From: a bacterium
Lineage (GTDB): Bacteria; Hydrothermota; UBA3072; JAPDKE01
Reading direction: 5' to 3'
DNA: 64,000 nucleotides
Assembly (NCBI GenBank): GCA_029258725.1
Contig: JAPDKE010000019.1
Location: forward strand, 11,033 to 75,032
The position numbers and the translations under genes are program-made. Positions 1 to 9,621 of the stretch are shown piece after piece; the first letter of the stretch is position 1; each line of letters opens with the position of its first letter. The notes below the pieces were generated by a model. It ran no database searches, was not told the origin of the DNA, and worked only from the letters and a program-made list of their open reading frames with translations.

Positions 1-513
1 CATGGAAAGCAAACCAACTGCTGGTTTTTCTATTCCGTAAACCCTGGAAAGATAAATGGAGCCCATCACACCGAACTGATAGAGGTATATGGGCTTCACA
101 TCCGAGTTTGCACCAACATCAAGCACAAGGGAGTGTCCTTTTCTTGTGGGAAAGAATGTTGCAAGTGCAGGTCTCTTCACTCCCTTTATCCTTCCAAGGT
201 TTATGAGAGAAAACGCCATAACCGCGCCAGTATTTCCGGCAGAGACAAAGGCATCCGCCCTCCCCTCCCTTATCATCCTCACCCCAATTCCAATGGATGA
301 GTCGGGTTTTTCCTTCAGTGCCTTTCCCGGAAGTTCATGGGGCTCAACAACAACCTGGGTATGAACCACCTCAAAGGGAACTTCCCCTATTTTTTCTCTA
401 TCCCCGACCAGGATAATCTCAAGGTTGTCCCACTCCTTTTTTGCCTGAAGGGCACCCTTTACAACCTCGGAAGGGGCATAATCCCCTCCCATTGCATCAA
501 GGGCTACCCTCAT
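1..513 (-). CDS. plsX: phosphate acyltransferase PlsX, N-terminal 171 aa (gene continues beyond window start)
   Basis: Absent from the ORF track because it runs off the window. Hand translation of the minus strand from ATG 513..511 gives MRVALDAMGGDYAPSEVVKGAL...FVSAGNTGAVMAF...LVLDVGANSD, open to base 1. ATGA overlap with the rpmF stop. Canonical yceD-rpmF-plsX order. Confidence 0.92.
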   Translation of the reverse strand, partial: MRVALDAMGGDYAPSEVVKGALQAKKEWDNLEIILVGDREKIGEVPFEVVHTQVVVEPHELPGKALKEKPDSSIGIGVRMIREGRADAFVSAGNTGAVMAFSLINLGRIKGVKRPALATFFPTRKGHSLVLDVGANSDVKPIYLYQFGVMGSIYLSRVYGIEKPAVGLLSM

Positions 514-692
514 TCACCCTCCACGACTATTACCTGCTTCCCCTTGTAGTATCCGCAGTGGGGGCAGACATGGTGGGGAAGCATGTATCCATGACACCTG
601 GGACACTCAACAAGGTGGGGTGGTTTTATTTTCCAGTGCGTTCTTCTTTTTTTACCCCTTGTTTTTGATGACCTCTTTTTTGGTACCGGCAT
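510..692 (-). CDS. rpmF: 50S ribosomal protein L32
   Basis: 60 aa, MPVPKKRSSKTRGKKRRTHWK... with a CPRC...CPHC zinc ribbon. Sits between yceD and plsX. Confidence 0.95.
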   Translation of the reverse strand: MPVPKKRSSKTRGKKRRTHWKIKPPHLVECPRCHGYMLPHHVCPHCGYYKGKQVIVVEGE

Positions 693-1202
693 TTACTCCT
701 CCTTTTCAAGCAGTGCTTTCAGTTTCTCCCATCTCGGGTCTATCTCTTCCTCCTTCTTTTTGACATGCTCACACTCACCCTCATTCAGGTTCTTTCCACA
801 AACAGGGCATAAGCCCTTACACTCCTCCCTGCAAAGAGGCTTTAAGGGGATGGAGAGGAGGATTGTGTCTCTCAAAACAGGCAGCATGTCTATAACTTCC
901 TCTTCGTAGTATGTGGTCTCGGCATCCTCGGAGGAGAGTTCCTTTTCCTTTGGCAATCTTTCTTTTCTCAGGAAGAAGTGTCTTATCCTTTCGCGCTTAT
1001 GCACCTCAAAGGTCTCGAGACAGCGTGAGCAGGTGAGGGATAGGGTAAACTCTATCTCCCCTTCCGCCTCTATGCGCTCCTCCCTTTTTAAAAGAACAAT
1101 CCTTCCTCTTACCCTGCCCCTGAGTTCTTCGACCTTAAAAGAAGAGGAAGGGAGATTTATCTCAACTTCTCGCTCCTCCCATCCCGTAACGTGTATTTTC
1201 AA
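693..1202 (-). CDS. yceD: YceD/DUF177 family protein (23S rRNA accumulation protein)
   Basis: 169 aa with CSRC...CREECKGLCPVCGKNLNEGEC motifs. Directly upstream of rpmF. TTG start with a GGAG SD. Confidence 0.85.
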   Translation of the reverse strand: MKIHVTGWEEREVEINLPSSSFKVEELRGRVRGRIVLLKREERIEAEGEIEFTLSLTCSRCLETFEVHKRERIRHFFLRKERLPKEKELSSEDAETTYYEEEVIDMLPVLRDTILLSIPLKPLCREECKGLCPVCGKNLNEGECEHVKKKEEEIDPRWEKLKALLEKEE

Positions 1203-1222
1203 TTTTTCTCCTTTTTGCTAAG

Positions 1223-1250
1223 ATTATAAAGATTTACCCTGCTTTGTCAA
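1223..1250 (-). promoter_or_regulatory. sigma70-type promoter for yceD-rpmF-plsX (TTGACA-16 nt-TATAAT on the minus strand)
   Basis: The minus strand reads TTGACAaagcagggtaaatcttTATAAT about 20 nt upstream of the yceD TTG start. The -35 box is part of the 21-nt element repeated at 28940..28960. Confidence 0.55.
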
Positions 1251-1265
1251 GGGAACGATTTTCCT
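1245..1265 (-). repeat. 21-nt exact repeat, copy A (plus-strand tgtcaagggaacgattttcct; -35 box plus the 15 nt upstream of it)
   Basis: Base-for-base identical to 28940..28960. Flanking bases differ on both sides. Confidence 0.9.
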
Positions 1266-2530
1266 CAAAACCTTGTTGTGCTTGAGAAGGAAAGTTCGGT
1301 CTTTACAGGAGGAGTAAAAACAGGAATCCACCCGTGCCAGCATCTTTCTCCCTTTCTCCCCACCCCGCTGATGGAGGAAAGGATAGAAAGTACAGAATCA
1401 TTGAACCTCATCTCCTTCACCCTTCCCTTTATTTCCCCATCCTCTATGAGAAAGGTCCCATCCCTCGTCATACCCGTGAGTATCATTTTTTTCACATCCA
1501 CCCACCTGAGATACCAGAGTCTCGTAACAAGAAGCCCCCTTTCGGTTTTTCCTATTATCTCTTCCATCTCCTCTTCCCCTTCCTCGACCTCACAGTGCCG
1601 GTATCTTCCAGTAAATGGTATTCTTTTCTTCTTTGCCCAGTAGCGGGTTACCATTGCCTCTCTGAGAATCCCCTTTTCAATCCACTTTCTCTCCATCAAT
1701 GGAACCCCTTCCTCGTCAAATGGAGGGAGATTGAAGGTTGATGGATTGCTTTTAAGGGTGAACATCTCCGGTGCTACCCTTTTGCCAAGAAAGCCCGAAA
1801 GCCCGCTTCTTCCCTCATCCATTTCCCTCCGGTCCAGTGAGAAAAGAAAGAAGGGAAGAATATCGGAAAAAGCAAGGGGCTCAAAAATCACCGTGTATTT
1901 CCCGGGTTCAATCTCAGAAATTTTTCCACTTATTTTTATCTTTTCATAAGCCCTTTCGAAAAGTTCCTCAGGGTCGTCTTTTCCCCATCCATGCGCATAT
2001 CCTGTAACCCCATCTCTTTCAAGTGTGAGGGAAAGGGAATTCTTTTCAAAGGAATGGAAAACCTCCACCCCGCGGGAGTTTGCAACCACCATGTTAATCC
2101 TTCCCCTTTCTAAAATTCCTGCAGCAGAAACCTTCTCCCTCTCTGCCTTTGTGATTATCTTCCCGAGCGCTTCCGCAATCTCCTCCTCAGAAGGAATTTT
2201 CATCTCCTTCACCTCCCCTCTTATAACCTCTCCCTCGTAGGGAGGCGTGTATTCCGGGTCCTCAGGAACATTCCTGGCAACCTCCTCCGCCTTCCTGAGT
2301 GCTGTAAGGATAGTATCCCGGGAAATACCATCCGCCGATGCTGTTCCCTTTCTTTTACCCGCATGCGCGGTAACATTTACCTTTGCCTCCCTCATCAGCA
2401 TGTTCTGGGTTATCCTATTCCCCCCAAATCTCACCGCACGATACTCATACTCCAGGATGTTTATTTCAACATCCTCACATTTCCTCTCTTTTACCACAAA
2501 CCTGCATGCATCCAGGAGTTTTTCGATCAT
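1265..2530 (-). CDS. TldD/PmbA family metallopeptidase subunit (PmbA-like)
   Basis: 421 aa with family-typical architecture. 4-nt overlap with the upstream TldD-like gene, the usual paired arrangement. Confidence 0.85.
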   Translation of the reverse strand: MIEKLLDACRFVVKERKCEDVEINILEYEYRAVRFGGNRITQNMLMREAKVNVTAHAGKRKGTASADGISRDTILTALRKAEEVARNVPEDPEYTPPYEGEVIRGEVKEMKIPSEEEIAEALGKIITKAEREKVSAAGILERGRINMVVANSRGVEVFHSFEKNSLSLTLERDGVTGYAHGWGKDDPEELFERAYEKIKISGKISEIEPGKYTVIFEPLAFSDILPFFLFSLDRREMDEGRSGLSGFLGKRVAPEMFTLKSNPSTFNLPPFDEEGVPLMERKWIEKGILREAMVTRYWAKKKRIPFTGRYRHCEVEEGEEEMEEIIGKTERGLLVTRLWYLRWVDVKKMILTGMTRDGTFLIEDGEIKGRVKEMRFNDSVLSILSSISGVGRKGERCWHGWIPVFTPPVKTELSFSSTTRF

Positions 2531-3984
2531 CCCCTTAATATTCTTATCTTCTTAAACTTCACCCATGGAGCCCCATGGCTCATCTGTGCAGTCTGCATGG
2601 GTTCTCCCTTTCCACAACCCATAATCCCGTACATCCTCCAGTGCCTTTTCCCGGTAAGTCCAACAACAGAGCCCCAGAATTCCGGTGTTATGCTCTGGTA
2701 AAGAACCTTCCTGAGCATTCTTATCTTTTTTCCATTTCTTATCTCGTAAAAAGCATCACCACCAAACTGGAAATTAAGCCTTCTCTGGTCTATTGAAAAA
2801 CTCCCCATTCCCTCTATGAGTATTCCATGTTTTGTATCTGCTATTAGGTCCTCAGGAGTCACATCTTCCCTTCCGGGTTCAAGGAAGAGATTGGGTATCC
2901 GGTTTATTGGAAAAGAGTAAAATGACATCGCCCTTCCCGAACCCTTTGAGCGCTCCTCACCCAGCATACCAGCAGCCTCCCTTGAGGAGGAAAAGTCCAG
3001 AAACACACCTTCCTTCACTATGTACCACCTCTGGCACTCCACCCCCTCATCATCAAATCCGGTGGTTGCAAGTCCTCCTTCCATGGTATTGTCGGCAACA
3101 AAGTTCACCCATTCAGAACCGTATTTGAAACTCCCTCTCATTTCTGGCTTGAGAAAACTTGTCCCTGCAAAGTTTGCCTCGTATCCAAGGACCCTGTCCA
3201 GTTCAGTTGCATGACCCACTGATTCGTGGATGGTAAGGCATAAATTATGGGGGTCAAGGATGAGTTCCATCTCTCCTTCCTCTGGAAGAGGGGCCCTGAG
3301 TTTCTCTATTGCCTCCTCCCTTACTCTCTCTGCGTTTTCAACAAGTTTGAGTTCCTCTATGAATTCCCATCCAGCATTCCCTGCATCTTCCGGGAAACTC
3401 CTGAATTCCATGTCCCCTTTATCAACAGCCCATGCAGTGTATCTCGCAGATGAGGTAATTATATCGGTCTCTATCAAACTCCCCTCTGTTGAACCATACC
3501 ACTGATGCCTCCTTCTGAACCTGAGATGTGCATCGGCACGCTGAATGAGAGAGGCACTTTTGAGAATGCGGTTTATATCCATGAGCAGGGAAACCTTCCG
3601 TTCAAGGGGGACATCAAATGGGTTTATCTTAACCGGGGTTTTAAACGAGGCTTTATGCGGAGGCTCTGGGGCAATTGAGATTTTTGTTTTATCCACCTTC
3701 CTGCTGTATCTTGCAATCTCATACGCTTCTCTCAGGCATTTCTTCACCTCATCGGGTGAAAGAACAAAGGAAGAAGAAAAACCCCACTTCCCGTCCACAA
3801 GAACCCTTATCCCAAATCCCTTTTCACTGCTCCTCTGCACCTTCTCCACCCTCTCATCCCTCACCCACACCCATTCATTATCAAGTTCCAGGGCTCTTAT
3901 ATCCCCGAATTCAACGGGGAAGGACCCCACCATGTTAAGGAATTCCTCAACCACCTGTTTGAGAATATCATTCAGTAAATCCAT
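2527..3984 (-). CDS. tldD: TldD/PmbA family metallopeptidase subunit (TldD-like, carries HExxxH)
   Basis: 485 aa containing HESVGHATELD (HExxxH zinc site) and a family-typical C-terminal region. Confidence 0.82.
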   Translation of the reverse strand: MDLLNDILKQVVEEFLNMVGSFPVEFGDIRALELDNEWVWVRDERVEKVQRSSEKGFGIRVLVDGKWGFSSSFVLSPDEVKKCLREAYEIARYSRKVDKTKISIAPEPPHKASFKTPVKINPFDVPLERKVSLLMDINRILKSASLIQRADAHLRFRRRHQWYGSTEGSLIETDIITSSARYTAWAVDKGDMEFRSFPEDAGNAGWEFIEELKLVENAERVREEAIEKLRAPLPEEGEMELILDPHNLCLTIHESVGHATELDRVLGYEANFAGTSFLKPEMRGSFKYGSEWVNFVADNTMEGGLATTGFDDEGVECQRWYIVKEGVFLDFSSSREAAGMLGEERSKGSGRAMSFYSFPINRIPNLFLEPGREDVTPEDLIADTKHGILIEGMGSFSIDQRRLNFQFGGDAFYEIRNGKKIRMLRKVLYQSITPEFWGSVVGLTGKRHWRMYGIMGCGKGEPMQTAQMSHGAPWVKFKKIRILRG

Positions 3985-3991
3985 TGGTTCC

Positions 3992-5356
3992 TCAAATAAT
4001 ACTCTTCCCGTAAAAATTCCCCTCAGGTTCTATATCAAAAAGTTTGAGAATTGTTCCTGCAACATCTGTTATGTGCAGACTCACCTCATGAGGATTATCC
4101 ACAGGATACATGATAAATGTTCCATGCATTGCATGGTTTGCATCATCAGGACCTGTATCGTTCTCCCTGGACCACAGGGTCCCGTATCCCATGGTCCCTA
4201 TCGCCCTCCAGTAAAGGTCACCAAACAAAACTATGAGGTCGGGAGGAATGTTTTTTATTTCAGGATAAATCTCCTCCGGCTTATAAACCTTTGTCCCTAT
4301 GTTCCTTCCCTCCTCATCCGTTATCTCCTCAAGTTTCTGCTTCAATTCCTCCCTCACCTTTTCATAATCCTCAGGAGGAATAACACCTCTTGGTTCCCTT
4401 CCCTTCACATTGAGAAATATTCTTGAATAATACCCTCCCTCCCCCCATGCAACCGTATGGTCCCAGTCAACCTCTGCCTCTTCAAGTTTGAAAATTCCGG
4501 AAGGATGGGACTTGAGTTTGAGATATCCCTCCTTTATCAAAAACTCATTCACCACTATCCCGCCATCCATCCGCTTTGCCCCGTGGTCTGAAACAACAAA
4601 AACAAAAGCACCCTGAGGAACCGCATCAAGAAACTCTCCGAGTTTTTCATCCAGGAATTTATAATACTCAATCCCAGAATTTTCATACTTATTTCCTGGC
4701 TCATACTTCACATGCTCCGGGTCAAAGAACTTCCAGAATCCATGATGGAACCTGTCGGGTCCCATGTCAACCATCATGAAAAAGTCCCATTCCTCATTTT
4801 CCAGAAAATATCTTGCAACGGCAAATCGCTGTTCCGTCAATCTATAAACCTGCGATAGCAACCAGTCCTTGTCCTCCGTCCTGAATTTTTTGACATCAAA
4901 CATGTAATCACCAAAATGCTCAAGAATGAAGGATTTTACCTCCTCAGGATAGGTAAAGGGGGAATCTGTTGATGGGGTTAAAAAGCAGGATATGAGTATT
5001 CCATTTAAAGGCTTTGGAGGATAGGATGGGGGAACACCTATGACAATTGAGCGCTTCCCTCTCTCGGTGAGATAATCCCATATGGTCTTTTCCTTTAAAT
5101 AGTTTGATGTTGCAAATGCGAGTTTTTCATAGGAGTAATCCTTTCTGTTTCTGAAACCATAAAAACCGAGGGTTCCCGGTAATTTTCCTGTAACCATGGA
5201 TGCCCATGCAGGGATGGTGATAGGTGGAATGGTGCTTTCCATCCTGCCCCACAGTCCCTTCTCACGCAACCTTCTGAAATTTGGAAGGTGCTCGCTGTAT
5301 TTTTCAAAGACAAGGGAAGGTTCAAGGCAGTCAAGTCCTATGACAACAACCTTCAT
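3992..5356 (-). CDS. alkaline-phosphatase-superfamily enzyme (type I phosphodiesterase / nucleotide pyrophosphatase-like)
   Basis: 454 aa. N-terminal MKVVVIGLDCLEP metal-site Asp, then a PPITIPAWASMVTG nucleophile-Thr motif and later VVSDHG. ATGA overlap with the upstream Roadblock-like gene. Confidence 0.7.
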   Translation of the reverse strand: MKVVVIGLDCLEPSLVFEKYSEHLPNFRRLREKGLWGRMESTIPPITIPAWASMVTGKLPGTLGFYGFRNRKDYSYEKLAFATSNYLKEKTIWDYLTERGKRSIVIGVPPSYPPKPLNGILISCFLTPSTDSPFTYPEEVKSFILEHFGDYMFDVKKFRTEDKDWLLSQVYRLTEQRFAVARYFLENEEWDFFMMVDMGPDRFHHGFWKFFDPEHVKYEPGNKYENSGIEYYKFLDEKLGEFLDAVPQGAFVFVVSDHGAKRMDGGIVVNEFLIKEGYLKLKSHPSGIFKLEEAEVDWDHTVAWGEGGYYSRIFLNVKGREPRGVIPPEDYEKVREELKQKLEEITDEEGRNIGTKVYKPEEIYPEIKNIPPDLIVLFGDLYWRAIGTMGYGTLWSRENDTGPDDANHAMHGTFIMYPVDNPHEVSLHITDVAGTILKLFDIEPEGNFYGKSII

Positions 5357-6024
5357 CCCTGTTTCACCCTTTCTATCATTTCCTCTGCCATGGACTGTGC
5401 CTTTGAGGGACCTATTATCATGGATGCAGAACGCTGGAGGGCATAGATGAATTCTATGAGATTGTCCCTGGTTTTCTCCTTACCATCCATCCCCTCATCC
5501 CCCCATACATTCATAAAAATCTCCTCCGCAAAATCCCCCAGATAATTTCCTGCAATTCCCTTTAACTGCTCAACCACCTCATCCCCGAGAACCTCGACCT
5601 TCTCCTCCACCGGTGGGGCAGGTGCCTCAACCGGTGTCTCCTCAACCTCAACTGCTTCGGGAGCCGGCGCCTCAGCAGGTGCCTCCTCCACAACCTCCTC
5701 AACCTTTTCAGCCTCCACCACCTCAGCCTTCTCCGCTTCCTCTGCCTCAATTATTGCCTTTCTTATCTCATTTACATCGACTGGTCCTGAAACAAATATT
5801 CCAACAAAACCATCCCTTGTTCCGGAAATAACAAGATTCCCGTCTTTAAACTCAATTATGAGTTCCTTAAAGGGATTCTCTCCCAGGGCATCAATGGTCT
5901 GTTTCAGAACAAGATAAACCCTTTCAAGGTCCCCGGAGATGTCCCCCTCAAATTCCTTTTTTCCCTCCGATACCTCAAAAACAAATCCTGCCCCTGTTCT
6001 CTCTTTAAGAACGGAAAGTTTCAC
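5353..6024 (-). CDS. Roadblock/LC7 (MglB-like) domain protein with an acidic E/A/P/V linker and a helical C-terminal domain
   Basis: 223 aa. The N-terminal ~95 aa (..ELIIEFKDGNLVISGTRDGFVGIFVSGPVD..) fit a Roadblock fold pattern. Residues ~95-150 are low complexity (EAEEAEKAEVVEAEKVEEVVEEAPAEAPAPEAVEVEE...). Confidence 0.5.
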   Translation of the reverse strand: MKLSVLKERTGAGFVFEVSEGKKEFEGDISGDLERVYLVLKQTIDALGENPFKELIIEFKDGNLVISGTRDGFVGIFVSGPVDVNEIRKAIIEAEEAEKAEVVEAEKVEEVVEEAPAEAPAPEAVEVEETPVEAPAPPVEEKVEVLGDEVVEQLKGIAGNYLGDFAEEIFMNVWGDEGMDGKEKTRDNLIEFIYALQRSASMIIGPSKAQSMAEEMIERVKQG

Positions 6025-6686
6025 TTCTTTGCTCCCAGTTTCTGGATTACATTGTGGACCCTTGCCTTTGCCTCATCCTTTCCAAGCGCAGCCACTGCTC
6101 TCTTTATGAGTGCATCCGCAACCTGTTTCATAAAGGTGTTCGCCTCTTCCTGGGTGAGCCCGAGAGCCCCTTTTGGAATGATTTTATTATCCTTAACGTC
6201 TATAAGTCTCACAAACTTTCCTTCCTTATCGTTTTCCCTTATAAAGGAAACAACAAAATTAACCCACTCCTCAGGATTTCCCCCTCTTGAGAACTCCTCA
6301 AGCAGAAGATTTATCTGCCTTGCCTTTCCTTTCATCAGCGCAAATACCTTCGGGTCCCCGGTGAGGTCTTCTTCTTTCAATGCCTCCTCTATTTTTTTAT
6401 GAAGTTCCTGAGGAGAGACATCTTCAAAAACAACCCCTATGTAGTATTTATCCTTCTTTACTATAAGCAGTTTTTCCCTTCCAAGTCCAACTATTCTTTC
6501 TATCCCGGAGAGGTTAAGTGCGTTTGCAATAACCTCTCCTGCTGAACCAAAAAAGGCAACAAGTTCATCAATGTTTCCGGGAATTATTCCTCCCCTGTCA
6601 ATAAGGTTTCCCTCCTCCGCATCCACAACCCCGTATCCCTCAATCCCTTCTATTTCCTTTATCTTTTTGAAAAGTTCAACATTCAT
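6021..6686 (-). CDS. Roadblock/LC7 (MglB-like) domain protein
   Basis: 221 aa. The N-terminal IEGIEGYGVVDAEEGNLIDRGG...DELVAFFGSAGEVIANALNLSGIERIVGLGREKLLIVKKDKYYIGVVFED matches the Roadblock pattern. 4-nt overlaps on both sides. Confidence 0.55.
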   Translation of the reverse strand: MNVELFKKIKEIEGIEGYGVVDAEEGNLIDRGGIIPGNIDELVAFFGSAGEVIANALNLSGIERIVGLGREKLLIVKKDKYYIGVVFEDVSPQELHKKIEEALKEEDLTGDPKVFALMKGKARQINLLLEEFSRGGNPEEWVNFVVSFIRENDKEGKFVRLIDVKDNKIIPKGALGLTQEEANTFMKQVADALIKRAVAALGKDEAKARVHNVIQKLGAKK

Positions 6687-7504
6687 TTAACCCCCGCCTT
6701 TTTCAGGCCATCCTGTATTTTCTTTTTTGCAAGAACCTTACCCAGGACCTCCTCTGCTTTGCTCTTTATCCTTTCAAACGCACTCTCAAAGAATTCACCA
6801 AGTTTTTCAGGGGATACCCCTGCCTGTGCATCCACCTTTACCTCCCCATTCACCTCCACCACCCCGGAAAGTTCCATTTCATTTATCAACTTCAAAACCT
6901 CATCCTTCCAGGGACCTTCACCAAGAGATGAAAGAACCGCTCCAAGTTTTTTCTTCCCCTCTTCAATCAGCCTCTTCTTTGCCTCAGGGTCGTATATCAA
7001 TCCCTTCTCAAAAAGCCAGTGAAGTGTCTGATAGGCATCAAGGGCACCAAGACCACTCTGTTCTATTATCTCCTTTATTGTCCTTTTTCCATCAACTAAG
7101 ATAAGGACCTTCCAGTCTTTTTTTCTCAGTGCTATCTTCTCACCTTCAGGAGTCCTGGTGGATTTCAAAGGAACAGTATCAAAAGGTGGAAGCTTCTCCT
7201 TAAACTCCTTTATCTCAAGTTTCCTTCTCTCTATCTCCTCAAAGAGCGTTCCTGTTTCTTCAGAAATCGTTATTTCTTCAGGCTTTTCGTCAGGAAAAAA
7301 CCTTATTTTCCCGCTTTCCTCAAGAGAAAGCTGATAAAGAGCCTCCATTCCCGTAAGTTCTCCCCTTTTTGCATGAACAACATTTCCCTCTATAAAGTAA
7401 ACCTCGCCTGTTTCAAACTCCAGCCTCCCACTTTTCTTAAAGCGGGAAAGCAGGTAAAAAATCTCAATCGGCGTGAAGTAGCCGAGTTCACACTCAAGCA
7501 CCAT
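6683..7504 (-). CDS. DUF4388 (PATAN) domain protein
   Basis: 273 aa. N-terminal GYFTPIEIFYLLSRFKKSGRLEFETGEVYFIEGNVVHAKRGELTGMEALYQLSL..GKIRF is the characteristic DUF4388 signature. It is followed by a wHTH-like segment (VLILVDGKRTIKEIIEQSGL...LHWLFEKGLI). Confidence 0.8.
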   Translation of the reverse strand: MVLECELGYFTPIEIFYLLSRFKKSGRLEFETGEVYFIEGNVVHAKRGELTGMEALYQLSLEESGKIRFFPDEKPEEITISEETGTLFEEIERRKLEIKEFKEKLPPFDTVPLKSTRTPEGEKIALRKKDWKVLILVDGKRTIKEIIEQSGLGALDAYQTLHWLFEKGLIYDPEAKKRLIEEGKKKLGAVLSSLGEGPWKDEVLKLINEMELSGVVEVNGEVKVDAQAGVSPEKLGEFFESAFERIKSKAEEVLGKVLAKKKIQDGLKKAGVK

Positions 7505-7535
7505 GAGTTGATTTTACTCTTTTTCTTATCCCATG

Positions 7536-9611
7536 TCAAGGTTTATTTTCAAGGACTGCCTTTCTGGAAAGGCTTATCCTTCCCAGGTCATCCACTCCAA
7601 TAACCTTCACAACTATCTCATCCCCAACCTTAACCACATCCTCAACCCTCTTTATCCGGTATGGAGCAAGCTGGGATATGTGAACAAGTCCTTCCTTACC
7701 AGGTCTTATCTCAACAAATGCACCAAATGGAGCAACCCTTGTAACCCTTCCTGTGAACACCTGCCCTATCTCCACATCCTCAACTATATTTCTTATCCTC
7801 TCCGCCGCCTTCTCCACCACCTCCCTTTCAGGTCCCGATATAACAACCTTTCCATCCGGTGTAATCTCCACCTTTGCACCTGTCTCGTCTATTATTCCCC
7901 TTATTACCTTTCCACCAGGACCTATTATGTCCCCTATCTTATTCTTTGGAACATTCATCACATAGAGTTTCGGTGCATACCTGGAAACATCCGGTCTGGG
8001 TTCCTTTATGGTCATTTCCATTATATCCAGAATGTAATACCTTGCCTCCCTTGCCTTCCTCAGTGCCTCTCTCAGTTCTGTGAGGGTGAGGTTCTGGATT
8101 TTCGTATCAAGCTGTATTCCCGTTATTCCCTGCCTGGTTCCCGCAACCTTGAAGTCCATGTCCCCGTAGTGGTCTTCATCACCTGCAATGTCAGTGAGTA
8201 TCACAAACCTATCATCCTCTTTAACAAGTCCCAGTGCAACCCCTGCCACATGCCTCTTTATGGGAATTCCACAATCCATCATGGCAAGTGATGCACCGCA
8301 TACCGTTGCCATGGATGAGGAACCGTTGGATTCAAGGATGTCGGAAACAACCCTTATTGTGTAAGGGAATTCATCCTCGGATGGAATCACTGCAAGCAGG
8401 GACCTCTCTGCAAGTGCACCATGTCCTATCTCTCTTCTTCCTGGTGCGCGGAGCGGTCTTATCTCACCCGTGCTGAAGGGTGGAAAGTTGTAGTGGACCA
8501 TGAAGGACTTGAATCCCTCCCCTATGAGTTCCTCTATGCGCTGCTCATCCTCTTTTGTTCCAAGGGTAACGGTGCAGAGTGCCTGGGTCTGCCCACGTGT
8601 AAACAGGGCAGAACCATGAACCCTTGGAAGCAATCCTATCTCACAGGATATGGGTCTTATTTCATCCGGTGTCCTCCCATCCACCCTCTTTCCTTCCTCC
8701 AGTATCTGCCTCCTCATCTCTCTCTTTCTTATATCCTCAACAATCCTGTGTATTATCCTCTCGTCCTCGGGATACTTCTCCTTCACCCTTTCTATTATGC
8801 TTTCAAAAAACTCCTTCCTCTCAAGTTTATCAGGAATGTTATTCAGCCTTCTTATATCATCGAGAATTTCTTTTTCTATCTCGCGCTCCAGTGTCTCCGG
8901 AACCTCAAGGGGGGTGAACTCCCTCTTTGGTTTCCCAACCTCAAGTGCAAATCGCTTCTGAACCTCAACTATCCTCTTTATCTCCCTGTGTGCTATCTCA
9001 AGCGCCTTCTCAACAACTTCCTCAGAAACCTCCCTGAAACTTCCCTCTATTGTGGTTATCGCAGTTTCCGTCCCGGCGACAACCATGTTCATGAGGGAAT
9101 CCTCAAGCTCGGTAACGGTGGGATTTATTATGAACTCTCCATCAGTGTATCCTATCCTCACGGCACCAACAGGTCCATTGAAGGGGATATCCGAAATCAT
9201 AAGGGCAGCAGATGCACCGATTATTCCGAATATGTCGGAATCGCGCTCCTTGTCATGGGAAAGAACCATTGCTATCACCTGGGTCTCAAAGAAGTAGTCC
9301 CTGGGGAAAAGCGGTCTTATTGGTCTGTCAATTATCCTGGAACCAAGAACCTCCTTCTCTGTGGGTTTTCCCTCTCGCTTGAAGAATCCACCCGGAATCT
9401 TTCCTGCTGCATAGGTTCTCTCCATGTAATTCACGGTGAGGGGAAAGAAGTCTATGGGTTCTTCCGGCAGCTCTTTGGCAGAGCATACCGTTGTGAGAAC
9501 GATGGTATCCCCATATCTCACAACCACCGCCCCATCCGCCTGCTTTGCCATCTTACCCGTCTCTATAATAAGCCGGTGCTTCCCAACCTCAATTTCAACC
9601 CCGTGTGTCAT
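7536..9611 (-). CDS. pnp: polyribonucleotide nucleotidyltransferase (PNPase)
   Basis: 691 aa with two RNase PH domains plus KH and S1 (..GQVFTGRVTRVAPFGAFVEI..). Lies downstream of rpsO. Confidence 0.97.
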   Translation of the reverse strand: MTHGVEIEVGKHRLIIETGKMAKQADGAVVVRYGDTIVLTTVCSAKELPEEPIDFFPLTVNYMERTYAAGKIPGGFFKREGKPTEKEVLGSRIIDRPIRPLFPRDYFFETQVIAMVLSHDKERDSDIFGIIGASAALMISDIPFNGPVGAVRIGYTDGEFIINPTVTELEDSLMNMVVAGTETAITTIEGSFREVSEEVVEKALEIAHREIKRIVEVQKRFALEVGKPKREFTPLEVPETLEREIEKEILDDIRRLNNIPDKLERKEFFESIIERVKEKYPEDERIIHRIVEDIRKREMRRQILEEGKRVDGRTPDEIRPISCEIGLLPRVHGSALFTRGQTQALCTVTLGTKEDEQRIEELIGEGFKSFMVHYNFPPFSTGEIRPLRAPGRREIGHGALAERSLLAVIPSEDEFPYTIRVVSDILESNGSSSMATVCGASLAMMDCGIPIKRHVAGVALGLVKEDDRFVILTDIAGDEDHYGDMDFKVAGTRQGITGIQLDTKIQNLTLTELREALRKAREARYYILDIMEMTIKEPRPDVSRYAPKLYVMNVPKNKIGDIIGPGGKVIRGIIDETGAKVEITPDGKVVISGPEREVVEKAAERIRNIVEDVEIGQVFTGRVTRVAPFGAFVEIRPGKEGLVHISQLAPYRIKRVEDVVKVGDEIVVKVIGVDDLGRISLSRKAVLENKP

Positions 9612-9621
9612 ACCTTCCTCC

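Noticed and set aside
3545-4426. 293-aa plus-strand ORF spanning the TldD/phosphodiesterase junction
   Set aside because: It is antisense to two well-supported minus-strand genes and crosses their intergenic gap. The sequence is S/L/F-rich junk with no start context.
5562-5831. Arg-rich (62 aa, minus) and Pro/Gln-rich (72 aa, plus) ORFs
   Set aside because: They are alternative-frame or antisense readings of the GAA/GCC/GAG-rich acidic linker of the Roadblock-like gene. This is a compositional artefact.
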